Shown: piece after piece, positions 48,450-59,660 of the stretch
How positions within the stretch are numbered: position 1 is the first letter of the stretch
How the letters are laid out: each line of letters starts with the position of its first letter
DNA from: Eledone cirrhosa
Lineage: Eukaryota
NCBI GenBank assembly: GCA_964016885.1
Contig: OZ024743.1
Span: forward strand, 143,344,001-143,408,000
Length of the DNA stretch: 64,000 nt
Direction: 5' to 3'
Position numbers and translations under genes: made by a program
Notes under the pieces: generated by a model
The model's input: the letters and a program-made list of their open reading frames with translations, nothing else
Database searches by the model: none
Told to the model about the DNA's origin: nothing

Positions 48450-51400
48450 GGTGTTTGGTGTTTGGTGTTATATGCTTGGTGTTTGATGCTTGGTGCTTGG
48501 TGCTTGGTGTTTGGTGCTTGGTGTTTGATGCTTGGTGCTTGGTGCTTGGTGTTTGGTGCTTGGTGCTTGGTGTTTGTACTTGGTGCTTGGTGCTTGGTTC
48601 TTGGTGTTTGGTGCTTGGTGCTTGGTGTTTGGTGCTTGGTGTTTGGTGCTTGGTGTTTGGTGCTTGGTGTTTGGTGCTTGGTGCTTGGTGCTTAGTGCTT
48701 GGTGTTTGGTGCTTGGTGTTTGGTGTTTGGTGCTTGGTGTTTGGTGCTTGGTGTTTGGTGTTAGGTGTTTGGTGCTTGGTGTTTGGTGTTTGGTGCTTGG
48801 TGTTTGGTGCTTGGTGTTTGGTGTTTGGTGCTTGGTGTTTGGTGCTTGGTACTTGGTGCTTGGTGTTAGGTGTTTGGTGCTTGGTGCTTGGTGTGTGGTT
48901 TTTGGTGCTTGGTGCTTGGTGTTTGGTGTTTGGTGCTTGGTGCTTGGTGTTTGGTGTTTGGTGCTTGGTGTTTGGTGTTTGGTGTTATATGCTTGGTGTT
49001 TGATGCTTGGTGCTTGGTGCTTGGTGCTTGGTGCTTGGTGTTTGGTGCTTGGTGTTTGGTGCTTGGTGTTTGGTATTTGGTGCTAGGTGCTTGGTGCTTG
49101 GTGTTTGGTGCTTGGTCCTTGGTGCTTGGTGTTTTGTGCTTGGTGCTGGGTGGTTGGTGTTTAGTGCTTGGTGTTTGGTGCTGGGTGCTTAGTGTTTGGT
49201 GCTTGGTGCTTGGTCTTTGGTGCTTGGTGTTTGGTGTTTGGTGCTTGGTGCTTGGTGCTTGGTGTTTGGTGCTTGGTGTTTGGTGTTTGGTGCTTAGTGT
49301 TTGGTGCTTGGTGCTTAGTGTTTGGTGCTAGGTGCTTGGTGTTTGGTGCTTGGTGCTTGGTGCCTGGTGCTTGGTGTTTGGTGTTTGGTGTTTGGTGCTT
49401 GGTGCTTGGTGTTTGGTGTTTGCTGTTTGCTGTTTGGTGTTTGTTGTTTGGTGTTTGCTGTTTGGTGTTTGGTGTTTGCTTTTTTGGTGTTTGGTGTTTG
49501 CTGTATGTTGTTTGCTGTTTGGTGTTTGGTGTTTGGTGTTTGGTGCTTGGTGCTTGGTGTTTGGTGCTTGGTGCTTGGTGTTTGGTGCCTGGTGCTTGGT
49601 GTTTGGTGTTTGGTGCTTGGTGCTTGGAGTTTGGTGTTTGGTGCTTGGTGCTTGGTGTTTTGTGTTTCGTGTTTGGTTTTTGGTGCTTGGTGCTTGGTGC
49701 TTGGTCCTTGGTGTTTGGTGCTGGGTGCTTTGTGTTTGGTGCTTGGTGCTTGGTGCTTGGTGTTTGGTGTTTGCTGCTTGGTGTTTAATGCTTGGTGCTT
49801 GGAGCTTGGTGTTTTGTGTTTGGTGCTTGGTGTTTGGTGCTTGGTGCTTGGTGTTTGGTGCTTGGTGCTTGGTGTTTGGTGCCTGGTGCTTGGTGCTTGG
49901 TGCTTGGTGTTTGGTGTTTGGTGCTTGGTGCTTGGTGCTTGGAGTTTGGTGTTTGGTGCTTGCTGCTTGGTGTTTTGTGTTTGGTGTTTGGTATTTGGTG
50001 CTTGGTCCTTGGTGTTTGGTGCTGGGTGCTTTGTGTTTGGTGCTTGGTGCTTGGTGTTTGGTGTTTGCTGCTTGGTGTTTGATGCTTGGTGCTTGGTGCT
50101 TGGTGTTTTGTGTTTGGTGCTTGGTTCTTGGTGTTTGGTGCTTGGTGCTTGGTGCTTGGTGTTTGTACTTGGTGCTTGGTGCTTGGTGTTTGTACTTGGT
50201 GCTTGGTGCTTGGTGTTTGGTTCTTGGTTCTTGGTTTTTGGTACTTGGTGCTTGGTACTTGGTGCTTGATGTTTGGTGTTTGGTGCTTGGTGTTTGGTGC
50301 TTGGTGCTTGGTGTTTGGTGCTTGGTGTTTGGTGTTTGGTGTTTGGTGTTTGGTGTCTGCTTTTTGGTGTTTAGTGTTTGCTGTATGGTGTTTGGTGTTT
50401 GCTGTTTGGTGTTTGGTCTTTGGTGCTTGGTGTTTGGTGCTTGGTGCTTGGTGTTTGGTGTCTGGTGCTTGGTGTTTGGTGTCTGGTGCTTGGTGCTTGG
50501 TGCTTGGTGTTTGGTGTTTGGTGTTTGGTGCTTGGTGTCTGGTGCTTGGTGTTTGGTGTTTGGTGCTTGGTGTTTGGTGTATGGTGTTTGGTGTTTGGTG
50601 TTTGGTGCTTGGTGCTTGGTGTTTGTTGTTTGGTGTTTGGTGCTTGGTGTCTGGTGCTTGGTGTTTGGTGCTTGGTGTTTGGTGTTTGGTGTTTGGTGCT
50701 TGGTGCTTGGTGCTTGGTGCTTGGTGTTTGGTGTTTGGTGCTTGGTGCTTGGTGTTTGGTGCTTGCTGCTGGGTGGTTGGTGTTTGGTGCTTGGTGTTTG
50801 GTGCTGGGTGCTTGGTGCTGGGTGCTTGGTGTTTGGAGCTTGGTGCTTGGTCTTTGGTGCTTGGTGTTTGGTGTTTGGTGCTTGGTGCTTGGTGCTTGGT
50901 GTTTGGTGCTTGGTGCTTGGTGTTTGGTGCTTGGTGCTTGGTGTTTGGTGCTTGGTGCTTGGTGTTTGGTGTTTGGTGTTTGGTGCTTGGTGGTTGGTGT
51001 TTGGTGTTTGCTGTTTGCTGTTTGGTGTTTGTTGTTTGGTGTTTGTTGTTTGGTGTTTGCTGTTTGGTGTTTGGTGTTTGCTTTTTGGTGTTTGGTGTTT
51101 GCTGTATGTTGTTTGGTGTTTGGTGTTTGGTGTTTGGTGCTTGGTGCTTGGTGTTGGTGCTTGGTGTTTGGTGCCTGGTGCTTGGTGCTTGGTGCTTGGT
51201 GTTTGGTGCTTGGTGCTTGGAGTTTGGTGCTTGGTGCTTGGTGTTTTGTGTTTCGTGTTTGGTTTTTGGTGCTTGGTGGTTGGTGCTTGGTCCTTAGTGT
51301 TTGGTGCTGGGTGCTTTGTGTTTGGTGCTTGGTGCTTGGTGCTTGGTGTTTGGTGTTTGCTGCTTGGTGTTTGATGCTTGGTGCTTGGTGCTTGGTGTTT

Positions 51401-54400
51401 TGTGTTTGGTGCTTGGTGCTTGGTGCTTGGTGCTTGGTGTTTGTACTTGGTGCTTGGTGCTTGGTGTTTGTTTCTTGGTGTTTGGTGTTTGGCGTTTGGT
51501 GTTTGGTGCTTGGTGCTTGGTGTTTGGTGCTTGGTGCTTGGTCTTTGGTGCCTGGTGCTTGGTGCTTGGTGTTTGGTGTTTGGTGCTTGGAGTTTGGTGT
51601 TTGGTGCTTGGTGCTTGGTGTTTTGTGTTTGGTGTTTGGTTTTTGGTGCTTGGTGCTTGGTGCTTGGTCCTTGGTGTTTGGTGCTGGGTGCTTTGTGTTT
51701 GGTGCTTGGTGCTTGGTGTTTGGTGTTTGCTGCTTGGTGTTTGATGCTTGATGCTTGGTGTTTTGTGTTTGGTGCTAGGTGCTTGGTGTTTGGTGTTTGG
51801 TGCTTGGTGCTTGGTGCTTGGTGTTTGTACTTGGTGCTTGGTGTTTGTACTTGGTGCTTGGTGTTTGGTGTTTGGTGTTTGCTGTTTGGTGTCTGCTTTT
51901 TGGTGTTTAGTGTTTGCTGTATGGTGTTTGCTGTTTCGTGTTTGGTGTTTGCTGTTTGGTGTTTGGTGTTTGCTGTTTGGTGTTTGGTCTTTGGTGCTTG
52001 GTGTTTGGTGCTTGGTGCTTGATGTTTGGGGTTTGGTGCTTGGTGTTTGGTGCTTGGTGCTTGGTGTTTGGTGTTTGGTGCTTGGTGCTTGGTGTTTGGT
52101 GTTTGGTGTTTGGTGCTTGGTGTCTGGTGCTTGGTGTTTGGTGTTTGGTGCTTGGTGTTTGGTGTTTGGTGCTTGGTGCTTGGTGTTTGGTGTTTGGTGC
52201 TTGGTGTTTGGTGTTTGTTGAGTTGGTGCTTGGTGTTTGGTGCTTGGTGCTTGGTGTTTGGTGCTGGGTGCTTGGTGCTTGGTATTTGGTGTTTGGTGCT
52301 TGGTGCTTGGTGTTTGGTGTTTGGTGTTATATGCTTGGTGTTTGATGCTTCGTGCTTGGTTCTTGGTGTTTGGTGTTTGGTGCTTGGTGTTTGATGCTTG
52401 GTGCTTGGTGCTTGGTTCTTGGTGTTTGGTGCTTGGTGTTTGGTGCTTGGTGCTTGGTGTTTGGTGTTTGGTGCTTGCTGCTGGCTGCTTGGTGTTTGGT
52501 GCTTGGTGATTGGTGCTTGGTGTTTGGTGCTTGGTGTTTGGTGCTAGGTGCTTGGTGTTTGGTGCTTGGTGCTTGGTGTTTGTACTTGGTGCTTGGTGCT
52601 TGGTTCTTGGTGTTTGGTGCTTGGTGTTTGGTGCTTGGTGCTTGATGTTTGGTGCTTGGTGTTTGGTGCTTGGTGTTTGGTGCTTGGTGTTTGGTGCTTG
52701 GTGCTTGGTGCTTGGTGCTTGGTGTTTGGTGCTTGGTGTTAGATATTTGGTGCTTGGTGCTTGGTGTTTGGTGTTTGGTGCTTCGTGTTTGGTGCTTGGT
52801 GTTTGGTGCTTGGTGTTTGGTGCTTGGTACTTGGTGCTTGGTGTTAGGTGTTTGGTGCTTGGTGCTTGGTGTTTGGTGCTTGGTGTTTGGTGTTTGGTGC
52901 TTGCTGCTGGCTGCTTGGTGTTTGGTGCTTGGTGTTTGGTGCTTGGTGTTTGGTGCTTGGTGTTTGGTGTTTGGTGCTAGGGGCTTGGTGCTTGGTCTTT
53001 GGTGCTTGGTGCATGGTGTTTGGTGTTTGGTGCTTGGTGCTGGGTGGTTGGTGTTTGGTGCTTGGTGCTGGGTGCTTGGTGTTTGGTGCTTGGTGCTTGG
53101 TCTTTGGTGCTTGGTGTTTGGTGTTTGGTGCTTGGTGCTTGGTGCTTGGTGCTTGGTGCTTAGTGTTTGGTGCTAGGTGCTTGGGGTTTGGTGTTTGGTG
53201 CTTGGTGCTTGGTGTTTGGTGCTTGGTGCTTGGTGTTTGGTGCTTGGTGCTTGGTGTTTGCTGTTTGCTGTTTGCTGTTTGGTGTTTGTTGTTTGGTGTT
53301 TGTTGTTTGGTGTTTGCTGTTTGATGTTTGGTGTTTGATGTTTGCTGTTTGGTGTCTGCTTTTTGGTGTTTGGTGTTTGCTGTATGTTGTTTGCTGTTTG
53401 GTGTTTGGTGTTTGGTGTTTGGTGCTTGGTGCTTTGCGTTTGGTGCTTGGTGCTTGGTGTTTGGTGCCTGGTGCTTGGTGTTTGGTGTTTGGTGCTTGGA
53501 GTTTTGTGTTTGGTGCTTGGTGCTTGGTGTTTGTACTTGGTGCTTGGTGCTTGGTGTTTGGTTCTTGGTGTTTGGTACTTGGTGCTTGGTCCTTGGTGTT
53601 TGGTGCTGGGTGCTTTGTGTTTGGTGCTTGGTGCTTGGTGTTTGGTGTTTGCTGCTTGGTGTTTGATGCTTGGTGCTTGGTGCTTGGTGTTTTGTGTTTG
53701 GTGCTTGGTGCTTGGTGTTTGGTGCTTGGTGCTTGGTGCTTGGTGTTTGGTACTTGGTGCTTGGTGCTTGGTGTTTGGTGTTTGGTGCTTGGTGTTTGGT
53801 GTTTGGTGCTTGGTGCTTGGTGTTAGGTGTTTGGTGCTTGGTGCTTGGTGCTTGGTGCTTGGTGCTTGGTGTTTGGTGCTTGGTTTTTGGAGCTTAGTTT
53901 CTGGTGCTTGGTGTTTGGTGCTTGGTGCTTGGTGTTTGGTGCTTGGTGTTTGGTGCTTGGTGCTTGGTGTTAGGTGTTTGGTGCTTGGTGTTTGATCCTT
54001 GGTGCTTGGTGTTTGGTGTTTGGTGCTTGGTGTTTGGTGTTTGGTGCTTGGTGTTTGGTGTTTGGTGCTTGGTGTTTGGTGTTTGGTGTTATATGCTTGG
54101 TGTTTGATGCTTGGTGCTTGGTGCTTCGTGTTTGGTGCTTGGTGTTTGATGCTTGGTGCTTGGTGCTTGGTGTTTGGTGCTTGGTGCTTGGTGTTTGTAC
54201 TTGGTGCTTGGTGCTTGGTTCTTGGTGTTTGGTGCTTGGTGCTTGGTGTTTGGTGTTTGGTGCTTGGTGTTTGGTGTTTGGTGCTTGGTGCTTGGTGCTT
54301 GGTGCTTAGTGCTTGGTGTTTGGTGCTTGGTGTTAGGTGTTTGGTGCTTGGTGCTTGGTGTTTGGTGTTTGGTGCTTGGTGTTTGGTGTTAGGTGTTTGG

Positions 54401-57400
54401 TGCTTGGTGTTTGGTGTTTGGTGCTTGGTGTTTGGTGCTTGGTGTTTGGTGTTTGGTGCTTGGTGTTTGGTGCTTGTTACTTGGTGCTTGGTGTTAGGTG
54501 TTTGGTGCTTGGTGCTTGGTGTGTGGTTTTTGGTGCTTGGTGCTTGGTGTTTGGTGTTTGGTGCTTGGTGCTTGGTGTTTGGTGTTTGGTGCTTGGTGTT
54601 TGGTGTTTGGTGTTATATGCTTGGTGTTTGATGCTTGGTGCTTGGTGCTTGGTGCTTGGTGCTTGGTGTTTGGTGCTTGGTGTTTGGTGCTTGGTGTTTG
54701 GTGTTTGGTGCTAGGTGCTTGGTGCTTGGTGTTTGGTGCTTGGTCCTTGGTGCTTGGTGTTTTGTGCTTGGTGTTTGGTGCTTGGTGCTGGGTGGTTGGT
54801 GTTTAGTGCTTGGTGTTTGGTGCTGGGTGCTTAGTGTTTGGTGCTTGGTGCTTGGTCTTTGGTGCTTGGTGTTTGGTGTTTGGTGCTTGGTGCTTGGTGC
54901 TTGGTGTTTGGTGCTTGGTGTTTGGTGTTTGGTGCTTAGTGTTTGGTGCTTGGTGCTTAGTGTTTGGTGCTAGGTGCTTGGTGTTTGGTGCTTGGTGCTT
55001 GGTGCCTGGTGCTTGGTGTTTGGTGTTTGGTGTTTGGTGCTTGGTGCTTGGTGTTTGGTGTTTGCTGTTTGCTGTTTGGTGTTTGTTGTTTGGTGTTTGT
55101 TGTTTGGTGTTTGCTGTTTGGTGTTTGGTGTTTGCTTTTTTGGTGTTTGGTGTTTGCTGTATGTTGTTTGCTGTTTGGTGTTTGGTGTTTGGTGTTTGGT
55201 GCTTGGTGCTTGGTGTTTGGTTCTTGGTGCTTGGTGTTTGGTGCCTGCTGCTTGGTGTTTGGTGTTTGGAGTTTGGTGTTTGGTGCTTGGTGCTTGGTGT
55301 TTTGTGTTTCGTGTTTGGTTTTTGGTGCTTGGTGCTTGGTGCTTGGTCCTTGGTGTTTGGTGCTGGGTGCTTTGTGTTTGGTGCTTGGTGCTTGGTGCTT
55401 GGTGTTTGGTGTTTGCTGCTTGGTGTTTAATGCTTGGTGCTTGGTGCTTGGTGTTTTGTGTTTGGTGCTTGGTGCTTGGTGTTTGGTGCTTGGTGTTTGT
55501 ACTTGGTGCTTGGTGCTTGGTGTTTGTTTCTTGGTTCTTGGTATTTGGTGTTTGGCATTTGGTGTTTGGTGCTTGGTGCTTGGTGTTTGGTGCTTGGTGC
55601 TTGGTGTTTGGTGCCTGGTGCTTGGTGCTTGGTGCTTGGTGTTTGGTGTTTGGTGCTTGGTGCTTGGTGCTTGGAGTTTGGTGTTTGGTGCTTGGTGCTT
55701 GGTGTTTTGTGTTTGGTGTTTGGTTTTTGGTGCTTGGTCCTTGGTGTTTGGTGCTGGGTGCTTTGTGTTTGGTGCTTGGTGCTTGGTGTTTGGTGTTTGC
55801 TGCTTGGTGTTTGATGCTTGGTGCTCGGTGCTTGGTGTTTTGTGTTTGGTGCTTGGTTCTTGGTGTTTGGTGCTTGGTGCTTGGTGTTTGTACTTGGTGC
55901 TTGGTGCTTGGTGCTTGGTGTTTGTACTTGGTGCTTGGTGCTTGGTGTTTGGTTCTTGGTTCTTGGTGTTTGGTACTTGGTGCTTGGTACTTGGTGCTTG
56001 ATGTTTGGTGTTTGGTGCTTGGTGTTTGGTGCTTGGTGCTTGGTGTTTGGTGCTTGGTGTTTGGTGTTTGGTGTTTGGTGTTTGGTGTCTGCTTTTTGGT
56101 GTTTAGTGTTTGCTGTATGGTGTTTGGTGTTTGCTGTTTGGTGTTTGGTCTTTGGTGCTTGGTGTTTGGTGCTTGGTGCTTGGTGTTTGGTGTCTGGTGC
56201 TTGGTGTTTGGTGTCTGGTGCTTGGTGCTTGGTGCTTGGTGTTTGGTGTTTGGTGTTTGGTGCTTGGTGTCTTGTGCTTGGTGTTTGGTGTTTGGTGCTT
56301 GGTGTTTGGTGTTTGGTGCATGGTGTTTGGTGTTTGGTGTTTGGTGCTTGGTGCTTGGTGTTTGTTGTTTGGTGTTTGGTGCTTGGTGTCTGGTGCTTGG
56401 TGTTTGGTGCTTGGTGTTTGGTGTTTGGTGTTTGGTGCTTGGTGCTTGGTGCTTGGTGCTTGGTGTTTGGTGTTTGGTGCTTGGTGCTTGGTGTTTGGTG
56501 CTTGGTGCTGGGTGGTTGGTGTTTGGTGCTTGGTGTTTGGTGCTGGGTGCTTGGTGCTGGGTGCTTGGTGTTTGGTGCTTGGTGCTTGGTCTTTGGTGCT
56601 TGGTGTTTGGTGTTTGGTGCTTGGTGCTTGGTGTTTGGTGCTTGGTGCTTGGTGTGTGGTGCTTGGTTCTTAGTGTTTGGTGCTAGGTGCTTGGTGTTTG
56701 GTGCTTGGTGCTTGGTGTTTGGTGCTTGGTGCTTGGTGTTTGGTGTTTGGTGTTTGGTGCTTGGTGGTTGGTGTTTGGTGTTTGCTGTTTGCTGTTTGGT
56801 GTTTGTTCTTTGGTGTTTGTTGTTTGGTGTTTGCTGTTTGGTGTTTGGTGTTTGCTTTTTGGTGTTTGGTGTTTGCTGTATGTTGTTTGCTGTTTGGTGT
56901 TTGGTGTTTGGTGTTTGGTGCTTGGTGCTTGGTGTTGGTGCTTGGTGCTTGGTGTTTGGTGTTTGCTGCTTGGTGCTTGGTGCTTGGTGTTTGGTGCTTG
57001 GTGCTTGGAGTTTGGTGCTTAGTGCTTGGTGTTTTGTGTTTCGTGTTTGGTTTTTGGTGCTTGGTGCTTGGTGCTTGGTCCTTAGTGTTTGGTGCTGGGT
57101 GCTTTGTGTTTGGTGCTTGGTGCTTGGTGCTTGGTGTTTGGTGTTTGCTGCTTGGTGTTTGATGCTTGGTGCTTGGTGCTTGGTGTTTTGTGTTTGGTGC
57201 TTGGTGTTTGGTGCTTGGTGCTTGGTGCTTGGTGTTTGTACTTGGTGCTTGGTGCTTGGTGTTTGTTTCTTGGTGTTTGGTGTTTGGCGTTTGGTGTTTG
57301 GTGCTTGGTGCTTGGTGTTTGGTGCTTGGTGCTTGGTGTTTGGTGCCTGGTGCTTGGTGCTTGGTGTTTGGTGTTTGGTGCTTGGAGTTTGGTGTTTGGT

Positions 57401-59660
57401 GCTTGGTGCTTGGTGTTTTGTGTTTGGTGTTTGGTTTTTGGTGCTTGGTGCTTGGTGCTTGGTCCTTGGTGTTTGGTGCTGGGTGCTTTGTGTTTGGTGC
57501 TTGGTGCTTGGTGTTTGGTGTTTGCTGCTTGGTGTTTGATGCTTGGTGCTTGGTGCTTGGTGTTTTGTGTTTGGTGCTAGGTGCTTGGTGTTTGGTGCTT
57601 GGTGCTTGGTGCTTGGTGTTTGTACTTGGTGCTTGGTGTTTGGTTCTTGCTTCTTGGTGTTTGGTACTTGGTGCTTGGTGCTTGGTGCTTGATGTTTGGT
57701 GTTTGGTGCTTGGTGTTTGGTGCTTGGTGCTTGGTGTTAGGTGTTTGGTGCTTGGTGCTTGGTGTTTGGTGCTTGGTGTTTGGTGTTTGCTGTTTGGTGT
57801 TTGGTGTTTGGTGTTTGCTGTTTGGTGTCTGCTTTTTGGTGTTTAGTGTTTGCTGTATGGTGTTTGCTGTTTCGTGTTTGGTGTTTTCTGTTTGGTGTTT
57901 GGTGTTTGCTGTTTGGTGTTTGGTCTTTGGTGCTTGGTGTTTGGTGCTTGGTGCTTGATGTTTGGTGTTTGGTGCTTGGTGTTTGGTGCTTGGTGTTGGT
58001 GTTTGGTGTTTGGTGCTTGGTGCTTGGTGTTTGGTGTTTGGTGTTTGGTGCTTGGTGTCTGGTGCTTGGTGTTTGGTGTTTGGTGCTTGGTGTTTGGTGT
58101 TTGGTGCTTGGTGCTTGGTGTTTGGTGTTTGGTGCTTGGTGTTTGGTGTTTGGTGCTTGTTGCTTTGGTGCTTGGTGTTTGGTGCTTGGTGCTTGGTGTT
58201 TGGTGCTGGGTGCTTGGTGCTTGGTATTTGGTGTTTGGTGCTTGGTGCTTGGTGTTTGGTGTTTGGTGTTATATGCTTGGTGTTTGATGCTTGGTGCTTG
58301 GTTCTTGGTGTTTGGTGTTTGGTGCTTGGTGTTTGATGCTTGGTGCTTGGTGCTTGGTTCTTGGTGTTTGGTGCTTGGTGTTTGGTGCTTGGTGCTTGGT
58401 GTTTGGTGTTTGGTGCTTGCTGCTGGCTGCTTGGTGTTTGGTGCTTGGTGATTGGTGCTTGGTGTTTGGTGCTTGGTGTTTGGTGCTAGGTTCTTGGTGT
58501 TTGGTGCTTGGTGCTTGGTGTTTGTACTTGGTGCTTGGTGCTTGGTTCTTGGTGTTTGGTGCTTGGTGTTTGGTGCTTGGTGCTTGATGTTTGGTGCTTG
58601 GTGTTTGGTGCTTGGTGTTTGGTGCTTGGTGCTTGGTGCTTGGTGCTTGGTGTTTGGTGCTTGGTGTTAGGTATTTGGTGCTTGGTGCTTGGTGTTTGGT
58701 GTTTGGTGCTTCGTGTTTGGTGCTTGGTGCTTGGTGTTTGTTGCTTGGTGTTTGGTGCTTGGTACTTGGTGCTTCGTGTTAGGTGTTTGGTGCTTGGTGC
58801 TTGGTGTTTGGTGCTTGGTGTTTGGTGTTTGGTGCTTGCTGCTGGCTGCTTGGTGTTTGGTGCTTGGTGTTTGGTGCTTGGTGTTTGGTGTTTGGTGCTA
58901 GGGGCTTGGTGCTTGGTCTTTGGTGCTTGGTGCATGGTGTTTGGTGTTTGGTGCTTGGTGCTGGGTGGTTGGTGTTTGGTGTTTGGTGCTGGGTGCTTGG
59001 TGTTTGGTGCTTGGTGCTTGGTCTTTGGTGCTTGGTGTTTGGTGTTTGGTGCTTGGTGCTTGGTGCTTGGTGCTTGGTGCTTAGTGTTTGGTGCTAGGTG
59101 CTTGGGGTTTGGTGTTTGGTGCTTGGTGCTTGGTGTTTGGTGCTTGGTGCTTGGTGTTTGGTGTTTGGTGATTGGTGCTTGGTGTTTGCTGTTTGCTGTT
59201 TGCTGTTTGGTGTTTGTTGTTTGGTGTTTGTTGTTTGGTGTTAGATGTTTGGTGTTTGATGTTTGCTGTTTGGTGTCTGCTTTTTGGTGTTTGGTGTTTG
59301 CTGTATGTTGTTTGCTGTTTGGTGTTTGGTGTTTGGTGTTTGGTGCTTGGTGCTTTGTGTTTGGTGCTTGGTGCTTGGTGTTTGGTGCCTGGTGCTTGGT
59401 GCTTGGTGTTTGGTGCTTGGAGTTTGGTGTTTGGTGCTTGGTGTTTTGTGTTTGGTGCTTGGTGCTTGGTGTTTGGTGCTTGGTGCTTGGTGCTTGGTGT
59501 TTGTACTTGGTGCTTGGTGCTTGGTGTTTGGTTCTTGGTGTTTGGTACTTGGTGCTTGGTCCTTGGTGTTTGGTGCTGGGTGCTTTGTGTTTGGTGCTTG
59601 GTGCTTGGTGTTTGGTGTTTGCTGCTTGGTGTTTGATGCTTGGTGCTTGGTGCTTGGTGT
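48450..59660 (+). repeat. Older tandem duplication with period ~5.6-5.9 kb (~48450-53700 versus ~54070-59660)
   Basis: ORF offsets drift 5628, 5642, 5732, 5788, 5936, 5942, 5921 (48870/54498 to 53342/59263). TAGGGGC at 52978/58899. Confidence 0.82.
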
